Of a DNA stretch of 35,940 nt, positions 25,480-35,940 are shown one piece after another. Where the stretch lies: positions 394,308 through 430,247 of the forward strand of contig NC_069007.1 of NCBI RefSeq assembly GCF_001194135.2, given 5' to 3'. Each line of letters begins with the position of its first letter. The first letter of the stretch is position 1. The notes under the pieces were generated by a model. That model did no database searches, was not told the DNA's origin, and was given only the letters and a program-made list of their open reading frames with translations. A program made the translations under genes and the position numbers. This DNA comes from Octopus bimaculoides (lineage: Eukaryota).

Positions 25480-25780
25480 AAAAATAAAGTGAGTATTCCC
25501 TTAATATAAATATACTATGTACCGTTATATTATAATACTATTTGCCTCGAACATTAAACTTACTCTATACAGTACTAATCTACTATTATAATAATTATTT
25601 ACATTGAACTTAACTATCCCTGAAACTAATATAGTATTAAGATATAATTATGCGCATAACTCAAAATCCTGACATGCTACAGCAATTCTAATTTCAGGTT
25701 CGGAATCAGCGCATTCGATTTAGTTTCGTACAGCATCACTTGTTTGGGTAGCAGACAAATTGTATTTTTGTTGCCCAGGG
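24981..25780 (+). mobile_element. Chapaev3-like (CMC superfamily) DNA transposon, internally deleted; 5' terminus not located
   Basis: Transposase N-terminal relic followed by a 3' end ...ATAACTCAAAATCCTGACATGCTA...GGAATCAGCGC...TTTTTGTTGCCCAGGG then TTA. This resembles Chapaev3 3' termini (…CAGTG with a TWA target) with one substitution. Family assignment is from recalled motifs. Confidence 0.65.
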
Positions 25781-27129
25781 TTATTTTTCGCAATGACTAT
25801 TTCAGAAGTTGTTAACCAAACGGATGTCCATCGGTTTCGCTATGTAACCAACTGACCTACCTAACCGCTGAATTAGTATTTCGCAGACACTTGTAGTATT
25901 AAAGCAAATCGGAGGCGGATGTACAGTGTGAGTGTGACAAGCCTGGAATTTTAAATTTTAGGTACAATCCATTGGGTGACCTTTCACCTGGTTTAAGTCT
26001 ATTCAATTTAATGGATACGGATTGGGTGAACTCAAAGCTTGGGAAAGACGACTGCGCAATGTGGAATGCAACAGAAGTGAACATTGGATCGCGTGATTAC
26101 AATGCAAACTCTATGGTTATTCGGAGATGTACTCGGAGTTATTCATGAGAGTAACTTGATCTGATTGACCAAGCTAAAATAATTACGTTATAGGCAACCA
26201 TAATAGTCATTCAAATACCTCCCACACACACACATACGCACAAAGCTTGTATTCTAGCAAGGACCAGTGACAACAACGGACATTGTTTTGTATACAGAAT
26301 GACTTCGTCAGCGGAGCAAAGACTTCACAGTAATTTGCCAAGTAGCGACGGGTGTATAAGTACGTAAACGTATAAAATGGTACATTGCTTACATTAGAAA
26401 ACAAAACCACTTTTACGATATATAATACTATTAGGATATATTAGAAACCATTAATTTTCAAGAGTCAGTGAAGATATTCTGAATGGAACGAAATACCATT
26501 TTATGTTTCAGGTTTATTAATTATTTTTTCTGATAATTTCCCGTCGATCTGAGGTAAATTTCGCTTTGGTCTTTTTGCAAGCACGTGTAGTCTTGATTAA
26601 AACAAGGAACGTTCCAGACAATAACCAAAAGAAGAACAATTCTAAGATTATTTCGAAATGATATTAAAATAAGAAATTTGAAAATAAAGAATAAAAATAA
26701 TACAAGATTAGACAAGGAGAAAAAAATCCTAATAAAACAAAGGGCAATATTATCAATCTAATTTCATTGGCTTGTTTGATAATATCAGTAGCAGCGCCCT
26801 CTACCATCCCACCTCTCTGCACCTCTTTTTCTGTTTCTCCCCTCCTCTCTCCACACCATCAAAAACACACAAATCACTAAAACAACCTGACAACAACTTC
26901 AATAATAATAATAATAATAATAATGTTGATAAAAATACGAGTAATGAAGAGACTTTTTTAAAGTTTATTTTTGCACATCAAAATCTCTTGTTTCTTCAAG
27001 TTTTAACCCTTTCTTTGATAATTTTTCTGTTTTACTATTGCTGTTATTTTTACTTTTTTTTGTTATGAGTTTTTGTGTTTGTGTATTTTTTATTGTACGT
27101 TTCATTTTTTTTGTTTCTTTTTCTTTTTC

Positions 27130-27620
27130 TCAATTATTGATGTGAACAGAATAAATAAACTAGAAATAAATAAATAAATGAACGAGGAAGGGGTGAAAGA
27201 AAGAGAGAACGAAAAATGCAGAGAGAGAGAGAGAGAGAGAGAGAAACAGAGAGAGAAAATGGGATAAAATGGACAACGAGAGACAGACATGGACAGACAA
27301 TAAGAAAGACAGAGAGAGAGTAAGGGAGGGAAAAGGGAGAAAGTATGGGAGATAACAACAGGTAAAGATAAGGAGAGAGTGACAGGGAGGAAGAGAGGAA
27401 GGGAGGGAGGGAGACATTGAGAGAAAGGAAGACAGAGGGAGGGAGATAGACAGAACAAGAGAGAGAGACAGGTAGTGTGGGTATGAAAGAAAGAGAGAGT
27501 GCGAATATGAAGAGAAAGTTGGTGGCAGTGACGGAGAATTTGTGAAGAGAAATAAAGAAACCACGAAATACAAGAAAATGAAATAAATAAATAAAAATAT
27601 GAAAGATAATTAAAAAAAAA
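27130..27620. repeat. GA-rich low-complexity tract
   Basis: (GA)n and GAAA/GACA repeats. Explains the L/S/F-rich minus-strand ORFs. Confidence 0.85.
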
Positions 27621-28433
27621 TTGCTTTGACGATGTCTTTTAGTGATTTTTTTCGAATGATTCAATTCCAGATAACATTAAGAAAAAAAAAAGGAGAAAAT
27701 ATGCGAAAGTGGCATACATACATACATACATGTGTGCATATACACATACGCACACAAACACAAATATCTATTAGATGTATGAGTATGTATACATATATAC
27801 ATAACATATATGTACACATATATGTGCGTGTATATGTTATGCATTTATACATATCTATATATGTATAAATGCATATATAGATATGTATATATTTGTGCGT
27901 ATGTGGCAGTGTATGTATGTATATGTATATATATATATGTTTATATACATATGTATACATATATGTATGTGAATATGAATCTATGTGTGTATGTGTCGGT
28001 GTATGTATGCATGTTTATATATATATATATATAGATAGATAGATAGATATAGATAGATAGATAGGTGTACCGAAAGTGACGCAGAAGTGGCTGGAACTTT
28101 TATTGCCATCGATCACCAAATTCCTCACGTTTGTAGAAAAATTATAATCCTGCTCTTCCACAAAAAGTTACCACTCGACAGAGTCTCCATCGCAAACAAC
28201 GCTATCTGCGCCATCGTCGAACCGAACTCTCGAATCCTTTCCATACAAAGTCAACTCTACCCGGTCGTAACCCAGTAATTCACAGTCCGTTTCACATGGT
28301 CTGTATCATTTTACCATTGTGCGCACATGCGACCACACTTGCATATATACACACATACTATATATATATATATATATATTTAGGTACGTATGCGTGTGCA
28401 TGTATGAGCGCTTACCAGTATGTGTGTGTGTGT

Positions 28434-28565
28434 GCGGCTGTGTAGTAAGCAACTTGCTTCCCAACGAAATGTTTCGGGGTTTAGTCTCACTGTATAGCAC
28501 CTTGGGCTGACCAAAGCCTCCTCAATGGATGTGATAGATGGAAACTGAAAGCCCGTCGTATATAT
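28434..28565 (+). mobile_element. SINE family B, 5' part
   Basis: GGCTGTGTAGTAAGCAACTTGCTTCCCAAC...CACCTTGGGC...GACCAAAGCC...GGAAACTGAAAGCCCGTCGTATA matches the 5' half of 30427-30785. Confidence 0.8.
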
Positions 28566-29140
28566 AAATTCATTCTACACGGAATCCAATATTTTACTGA
28601 AATGAAGAGAGAGAGAGAAAGACTAACAACAAAATAAAAATACTGTAACAACCAGAAGAACAACATGCATACAAGAGGTTTGTAACCTTCTGCCTTACTT
28701 GCAACAGAACCCTCGTCTATGTGTGTCTGTGTGAGTGCATATACATATGTGTGTACGTATTATATATGAAATTTCAAATGGTGAAATACAGTCAAGGATA
28801 GTATATGTTTATCTCTTATATATGTATTGAGGCCTTAAGCATACAATCATACTCACATAAATGATTTGACCATTCCAAAATTACTCTCACTATTCAAGAT
28901 TATGACGAATAGAAAACACAGATTCACGCAGACGCTTCCACACGTGTGCGCACGTACACACACAGGTATGAATGCATATACACCTATTCACGTATGCACT
29001 TATTATTCTATGTGGCACACAGAGATTTATTCATTTACACGTACATATATGCCAACATAGGAGCCATACAGACGCAGCATATAACAGTGTACGCGTTTAT
29101 ATACATACATACATATATATATATATTTGATAGGAAGGAA

Positions 29141-29184
<44 letters not shown>

Positions 29185-29208
29185 AAGGAAAACATATATA
29201 TATATATA

Positions 29209-29456
29209 NNNNNNNNNNNNNNNNNNNNNNNNNNNNNNNNNNNNNNNNNNNNNNNNNNNNNNNNNNNNNNNNNNNNNNNNNNNNNNNNNNNNNNNNNNNN
29301 NNNNNNNNNNNNNNNNNNNNNNNNNNNNNNNNNNNNNNNNNNNNNNNNNNNNNNNNNNNNNNNNNNNNNNNNNNNNNNNNNNNNNNNNNNNNNNNNNNNN
29401 NNNNNNNNNNNNNNNNNNNNNNNNNNNNNNNNNNNNNNNNNNNNNNNNNNNNNNNN
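29209..29456. other. Assembly gap (N run)
   Basis: 248 N. Confidence 1.
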
Positions 29457-29560
29457 GTGGTGTAAATAACAAAAGGATATATTAGTATGACGCTCGGGAA
29501 TACGGAAAGTCTTTGACGTTTCGAGCTACGCTCTTCAACAGAAAGAATACGGAGACAAGG
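29457..29560 (-). mobile_element. Probable Penelope-like element terminal-repeat fragment, abutting the gap
   Basis: Minus strand reads TTCTTTCTGTTGAAGAGCGTAGCTCGAAACGTCAAAGAC..., a CTG..GA(A)-hairpin-CGAAACGTC layout characteristic of PLE terminal repeats. No reverse-transcriptase sequence is visible. Confidence 0.5.
29510..29546 (-). ncRNA. Minimal type I hammerhead-ribozyme-like motif (variant core)
   Basis: Minus strand: TCTTT-CTGTTGA-A-GAGC-GTA-GCTC-GAAA-CG-TC-AAAGA. Stem I TCTTT/AAAGA, stem II GAGC/GCTC, palindromic ACGT stem III. The core differs from CUGANGA at position 6 and has one extra A. Confidence 0.45.
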
Positions 29561-30362
29561 AGAAAAACACGGAGAAAAAAAATTTGATATATATATATAT
29601 ATATATATACATACATATGCATATATACCGACACACAGACAAATAATAAACGTTTATTTATCCATACACACTCTTAAGACGTCCGCAAATGTATTTATAC
29701 ATAGATATGTAATCACACACACACACACACACACACATACACACACACACACACATATATATATACGTACATTCATTTTTATATTTTTCATAAACAGAAT
29801 TGATGAAATGCTGTGCCGTCATAAATGGAAAGTCGACAGTTGGAGAAAATCAGAACAAAACATCAAAACACGCGAAAAGGTATTGGTAAAATGTAATGTG
29901 AGTTCAAATGATACACCACCACTACCACCACCTTCATCAGCATCATCATCATCAACAACAGCAGTAACAGTAGCAGCTCCATCGCCACGACCACTACCAC
30001 CACCAGTACTACTAATACTAAGAAGAAGAAGGGAAAAAGCGAAACCATTCAAGTAGTTTACTAACATAAACAACATCAAGAAAAACAAGTACATTATCCA
30101 TGATAATATAATAGAGTAAATTCACAGTAGACACACACAGACACACACAGACACACAGAAACAGCGATGATTAAGGAGACAAGGAAAAATCAAAGAATTC
30201 CAAACAAATAAATCAATAATTTAATATATAATTAAATATATAATTAAGTACACACATAAATAAATAAATAAATTATACGTCCTGGAATTGAAGTGTTTAA
30301 ATCATACACACACACAAATGTATACACATACATGTACATATTTATATACACATATATGTATA

Positions 30363-30418
<56 letters not shown>

Positions 30419-30426
30419 ACATGATA

Positions 30427-30785
30427 TGGCTGTGTGGTAAGAAGCTTGTTTCCCAACCACATCGTTCAGTCTCACTGCGTGGCACCTTGGGCAAGTGTCT
30501 TCTACTATAGCCTCTGGTCGACCAAAGCCTTGTGAGTGGATTTGGTAGACGGAAACTGAAAGAAGCCCGTCGTATATATGTATATATATATATATATATG
30601 CATGTGTATTTGCTTGTCTGTGTTTGTCCCCCCATCATCGCTCGAGAAAGTTGGCCAAAAAGAGACCAATAGAATAAGTACAAGGTTTACAAAAAATAAG
30701 TCCTGGGGTCGATTTATTCGACTAAAGTTGGTGCTCCAGCATGACCGTAGTCAGATGACTGAAACAAGTAAAAGAGTAAAAGAGT
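30427..30785 (+). mobile_element. SINE family B, near full-length with small internal deletions
   Basis: TGGCTGTGTGGTAAGAAGCTTG head; GCACCTTGGGCAAGTGTCTTCTACTATAG body; GGTGCTCCAGCATG...GAAACAAGTAAAAGAGTAAAAGAG tail. Colinear with 7344-7742. Confidence 0.92.
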
Positions 30786-30806
30786 ATATATGTCTGTGTA
30801 TACATA

Positions 30807-31160
30807 TTCTTTTACACATTTGTTCCAGCCATTTGACTGCGTCCATGCTGGAGCACCGCCTTTAGTCGGACAAATCGACCCGAAGGCTTATTCTTTTTAA
30901 GCCTAGTACTTCTTCTCTCGGGTCTTTTGCCGATCTGCTGAGCTACGAGGACGTAAACACAGCAACATCGGTTGTCAATCGATGATATATATATATACAT
31001 ATATATATTTATAGAAACGACGTGATTCTCACTTCCCGCCTCCCCAAAAATCCACTAAAGGCTATAATATAAGACACTTGGTCAAGGTGCCACGCACTGG
31101 GACTGAACCCGGAACCATGTGGTTGCGAAGCAAACTTCTAACCACACAGCTACTCCTGCG
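30807..31160 (-). mobile_element. SINE family B, inverted and tail-to-tail with the previous copy
   Basis: CATGCTGGAGCACCGCCTTTAGTCG...AAGACACTT...GGTGCCACGCACTGGGACTGAACCCGGAACCATGTGGTTG...ACCACACAGCTACTCCTGCG, the same orientation and content as 7344-7742. Confidence 0.9.
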
Positions 31161-31794
31161 TGCGTGCGTGTATATATATATATTGTATATTAAGAGATGC
31201 GTATGTGCTTTGGAGTGTATGTGTGTGTGTGTGTGTGTGTCTGTACAGAGAAAGTACCTAAACTTAGAGTTAGCAGCATAAAATATTGCAAATCGAGCGA
31301 ATTCCCTGTAGTGGTGTCCTCCTCCTCCACTTCCCCTACTACTACTACTACTACTACTACTACTAATAATAATAATAATAATTACAATGATTTTCGTCTT
31401 AATATTAACGATAACAACAGTAGCATACAGAAACGGCCGCAACAACAAAACGAATGAGATGGAAAATTTGGAAACTGAAAATGTTCAAATGTAAAGCTCT
31501 GCAAACGCACTTAGGTAACGAGGTAAAGCCAAGACACACACGTGTGTGTGTGTGTATATAAATAGAATTAAAAGAAGCTGGGTAGAGAGAAGGCGGTGGT
31601 GGTGGGTGGGTGGTGGAGGACACCAAAGAACGGAAGAGAGGTTAGTGAGTGCAAGTCTTCTCCATGAATGGTTCGTTTCATTTTGAGTGTCATTCCAAAT
31701 AAATTAAATTTATTTTGGAAGATATTCTTTAAAAAAAAAAGCGTAATGGAGGAACGCAGAAGAATTGTTAGAAGGAGTGAAGAGAGTTTTTCTA

Positions 31795-31795
31795 A

Positions 31796-31834
<39 letters not shown>
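31795..31834. repeat. (TG)n microsatellite
   Basis: Direct reading of the sequence. Confidence 0.93.
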
Positions 31835-31836
<2 letters not shown>

Positions 31837-32263
31837 ATGTTAGTTTTGTGTGAGACGCTCATAATTTACGTCCATAATTGAAATATCCCCGCAGTTTTAG
31901 AATAACAGAAATAGAATATAATAGTGGATGGTCGTGTTTGTGTGTATGTGTGTGTATTTGTATATTTGTGAGTGTGTATGTGTGTGTGTCAGTGTGTGTG
32001 TTTGTATGTATGTTAAGGTGTATGGAGTGTTCCGTTTACACATGCGTGTGTATATGCGAGTAGTAGAGTCCTTGTATTTGTGAGCGTGTGTGAGACTCAC
32101 CTATATGTACTTGTGTCTATATGTATAGATTATGTGTGTGTGTGATTGTGCATACGTTTGTATATATACGTTTGTATATATGCGAGAAAGTTTGTTTTCT
32201 GTGTTTTTTCTTTCTTGTTCATTTGATAGTGTAGTTATGCCGAGTTACATGCTGCTGCCACTG

Positions 32264-32297
<34 letters not shown>

Positions 32298-32441
32298 AAC
32301 TGCTGCCGTATTGTAATAATGTATGAGTGCTTTCGTATCCCACTCAGTTTTCTCGTAATCATTTCCAGTGACAGTTTTCGCTAACAAGAATGTAATTTTT
32401 CTGTCACTTTTTAGAAACGGAAAATCTTTTTTAACCTCCAC

Positions 32442-32662
32442 GAGGTAACAAGTTGGCAGAATGGTTAGCACGTTGGGCAAAATGCTTAACAGCATTTCGT
32501 CCGTCTTTACGTTCTGAGTTCAAATTCCACCAAGGTCGATTTTGCCTTTCATTCTTTCGAGGTCTATAAAATATGTACTTGTTGATCCCTGGGATCGATG
32601 TAATCGACTCACCCCCACCTCTCTCGAAATTACTGGCTTTATGCCAAAATTTGAAATCAATA
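32442..32662 (+). mobile_element. Full-length SINE, family A
   Basis: A box TGGCAGAATGG (32454-32464), B box GAGTTCAAATTCC (32516-32528), and 3' body GATCGATGTAATCGACTCACCCC...CCAAAATTTGAAATCAATA. Confidence 0.9.
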
Positions 32663-32949
32663 CATTTCAATTTTATTTTTAATTCAATCGTTATACATCA
32701 TTCAATGATGTGTAACAAAGAATTTCATTGGATTCATACAGATGTTTTGCAAACAACTTGCATATGCAAGTGCTACCAGTCGAGAACTCCGCATACCGGA
32801 AGCCAGCAAGTGTATGGGGTCATCAGGGGAGAATGCGCACCGCTCCCATAAATGATATGAGGCCTCACTTGCTAGACCAACTGGTTATCAAATAAAGCCT
32901 AATATTCTTCTAGCCATCGTACAGAGAAATATTAAGCAATTAATCGAAT

Positions 32950-34400
32950 TTTTGCTTATAAATTAAACTTTTTCGTAACTTTTATTGCTGTTGCTGTGGT
33001 TATATTTTAGTCTCAGCTTATCTCTGACCCATCCTAACTCTTGTTTAAACTAATCTCTTTAAGACAATCCAGTCTTTATTGAGTCCTGTGGTAACTGGAA
33101 AAAACTGCATCATCCTATCTTACAATGTAAATAGAGTAAAGTGTGATTTCAAAGATATTTCATTTCTATTTGAAGCTCATAAAATTCCTCAACGAAGTCT
33201 TTGATAAGTTTGAAAAGTCGAGGGAGTTATACGAAGTCACTCTGTTCTTGCTAAGATTCTAGCCTTTAATTTGAGAGAGAGATTTCACATCGAATTCCTG
33301 GAAAATCGAATAAAGGTTTTTCCCTTTTGTTCCTGTAGAGGTCTTCTCGTTCGATTCTTTAATCGTTATTTCGTTGGAACTTGTACATGTTTCGGCGCTT
33401 TATCGATTTATTGGTTATATTTCTTAGGCTGACATTTCAGATAATATCTGGTCTCGTACAGTAATTATTAAGACTTCTGTCTTGTGTTTTTACTCCAGCA
33501 TTAGCAAACTCATTTCTTTTTTTTTTTCCAGTTAGTTTTCACAGTGAATTGTTTTCTCCGAAATACCTCGCTAAATACTGATCTCATGCGTGTTTATTTA
33601 AATTCATCTCCTTTCATCAGATAATCCGGTTTTCGATTCCCGCTGTTTCTCTTGTAAGCTGTTGTTCTATCATTATTCTCAGCTGTTTCTAAATACTCAA
33701 CGCCTAACTTGTACTTAATTACTCGCTTAGCGACACAAAACAAGCTTTTGTTTTGTTTTCTCGCCTTGAAGCATTTTCAACAAAAGCTGTTAGCCCTTAT
33801 GCTGTAATATTAGTTTCATTATTATTCCTATATCATGCATTTGGAATAGTTCCAGATGAATAACCCTATCTAATTCACTGTTCTGTATATTAAATCTTTG
33901 CTAAGCTAAGAAATTTTTGTTGGTGCCTGTTGCCTTCTAAGAAACGCTGATTTGTTAATGAGGAATTTACTGGGAGCTTAACTTATACTTAATTTGTTCC
34001 TTGCAGAACATTCGAGAATGCTGCTGCAACAAATATAAGACCTGATAAAAGCATAAATGTTCCCTTTTAATAATTGTATCTCATAGAAGCGAATCAAATG
34101 AAGCAATGAGTCAGAACCTGCTCTGGGATAGAACTCCAGAGCTTTTTATGATAATATTGTGTCCAGATTTATATGATATTTCCTTAAAGGCGAGAATGAA
34201 ACAATGAAACAATGTAAAAATGGTCAAACATTACTATTCCGTCCTTTATTCTAATGTTCTCGTTTTTCTGTCGTCCTTTCTTTCATTGCCCCTCTTGTGC
34301 TCTCATATACAAAGCATTGACTCATTCGAGAGGTGGGAAAGATTGCTTTAACGATGGAACTCGAAGAAGATAAAGCTATAATTAACGTAGATTTGGCCAA
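32950..34400 (-). mobile_element. Possible heavily decayed non-LTR retrotransposon (LINE ORF2) fragment
   Basis: About 1.5 kb free of microsatellites and A-rich on the minus strand. Short frames YNSLD (33217-33231) and FPVTTGL (33081-33101) lie in the order and roughly the spacing (about 43 codons) of the RT motifs AYDS and FxVxxGxRQG. Many stops; weak. Confidence 0.33.
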
Positions 34401-34731
34401 AAATAACCCTTCGATATAAAAGAAGTTCATTTATTTCTTACCTCCCGATGTTTCCAAAAGAATAAAGAAAATTCTTTTCTAATGTAAACGATTCTCGCTG
34501 GTAAGAACCAAGCTTCTAAAATGGTTCGAGAATATTCCATAAGTTGCTCTGACGTATGGAAAGTGCGTGGCTCACGTTCAAAGTAAATGTGGGTTTCAGT
34601 CTCACGGGTAACCCTCGACATTTTTCATTTAGGTCAATTCTATCGCGTTTCCTCTGATAGCATAGAAACAGGCATGTTAGAGAAAGACGGAGTAGAAATT
34701 CACGAAGCAGAAATTTCTTAGTTCGTTCTCA

Positions 34732-34858
34732 GACTGGCAGGATCATTAGAGCGTCGAGCGAAATGTCTTGTCGACTTCACTTCGGCTCCCTGCATTTTGA
34801 GTTCAACTCCGAGCGAGTTCCTCTTTTCTTATCATTCAAGAGTCGATAAACAAAATAA
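34732..34858 (+). mobile_element. Degenerate SINE family A-like copy (5' two-thirds)
   Basis: TGGCAGGATCATTAGAGCGTCGAGCGAAATG...TTTTGAGTTCAACTCC...AGAGTCGATAAAC parallels 32454-32570. Confidence 0.6.
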
Positions 34859-34865
34859 CACATTG

Positions 34866-34976
34866 GGGTGGTGGGCCGAAGGTATCGTTAGAGCATCGGA
34901 CTGGAGGCCTTACGAGATTTATTCTGAATTTTTGCATTCTAAATTCAAATTCACCTGAGTGGTAGACTTCATATTT
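34866..34976 (+). mobile_element. Second degenerate family A-like head
   Basis: GGTGGTGGGCCGAAGGTATCGTTAGAGCATCGGAC...CATTCTAAATTCAAATTCACCTGAG. Confidence 0.45.
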
Positions 34977-35234
34977 CGTGCTATTTAACCTATTTCTCCT
35001 GCTCCTTGGGTGCCCTTTGCGGTGTGCACGCCGTTGTACACATTCAGACCAGAAGATAATCTCCTCTCCTCCTCCTAAACTGGGAGGTCTTGAAAGAAAT
35101 TTATTGGTCCTATGCCTTTTTCTGACAAACCAGTGAAGAAAAGCAATATGGATAGAGAATTGAACTCACTATGTTGGACTTTAAGCTTAAGTCTTCTACC
35201 ATCGCCTCGGGTCGATTTAAACAATGACCAAATT

Positions 35235-35255
35235 TAGAAAAAGAAGCATATAATA

Positions 35256-35307
<52 letters not shown>

Positions 35308-35600
35308 ACGAGACAGGAAAATTAAGAGTAAAAATAAGAGATAAAACAGAAGCTGAAGACGATGAAAAAGAAGAAAGATGTGAGAGAAAATTAGCGGTTA
35401 AAGAATGAAAGGTGGACAAGAAGCACAGAGAAATAAGAAGGGGAGAAGAAAAGTAAAAAGAAAAGAAAGGGAAAATGTGAAGAAGAAGAAGAGGAAGATA
35501 AAAATAAAAGAAACATAAAAGAAATAAAAAAGAAACATAAAAGAAATAAAAAAGAAAAAGTAGAACGTGACAAAGAATGAGAAGAATTGAAATCAGAATG
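35235..35600. repeat. (AAT)n followed by an A/G-rich low-complexity tract
   Basis: Direct reading of the sequence. Confidence 0.88.
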
Positions 35601-35940
35601 TACAAAAGAAGCAGGTTTTAGACTTCGATAGTTTCCGAAAAGACTTTGAGTAAATATTTGGGAAGGCACCCAAGAAGATAATGCTTTGGTTAAATTGACT
35701 GGCAAAATTCCATCGAAGAAGATGGCAATTACGCCTTTGGATCTGTTCTGAAAAATGGTACCGACAGAGAAAATATATTGCTAGAATTCGGTGCGACCAA
35801 TTAACAGAAAGCACCTTCTGCTTTGTTGTTGGCATTTTTGCCGAAATGACACACGGAATCATCCTGAGGCTTTCATTGCTACGCACGCACATGCATACAT
35901 ATATACATACATAATACCTATATGTAGGAATACTATGATA

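Noticed and set aside
25935-26085. Open + strand frame YNPLGDLSPG...
   Set aside because: Better explained as a very degenerate minus-strand family A SINE-like sequence, and no protein was recognised.
29131-29208. Duplicated TAGGAAGGAAAACATATATA unit
   Set aside because: It sits at a gap edge within (TA)n; likely an assembly artefact or trivial minisatellite.
35593-35892. 99-aa minus-strand ORF near the window end
   Set aside because: No recognisable motif or splice context; consistent with a chance ORF.
1-35940. Most ORFs in the supplied track (poly-IY, CV, HT, SL, N and similar)
   Set aside because: They are translations of microsatellites, low-complexity tracts, SINEs or N gaps, with no recognisable domains.

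Overview
AT-rich, microsatellite-dense, non-coding-looking eukaryotic DNA with three N gaps. It is most likely an Octopus (coleoid cephalopod) intron or intergenic region; this is inferred from recognisable tRNA-derived SINE families and extreme (TA)n/(CA)n content. No intact, identifiable protein-coding gene is supported, and almost all ORFs in the track are translated microsatellites. The interpretable content is mobile DNA: many SINE copies in three locally labelled families (A, B, C), two with clear target-site duplications; an internally deleted Tc1/mariner; a Chapaev3-like (CMC) transposase relic; a pogo/Tigger-like MITE with a 16-bp tandem expansion; a Penelope-like terminal fragment; and possibly a decayed LINE. 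The most notable structures are a 342-bp near-perfect palindrome (906-1247), a tail-to-tail inverted SINE pair (30427-31160) and a minimal hammerhead-ribozyme-like motif (29510-29546, minus strand). Family names come from recalled motifs, not database searches. Boundaries of degenerate copies are approximate.
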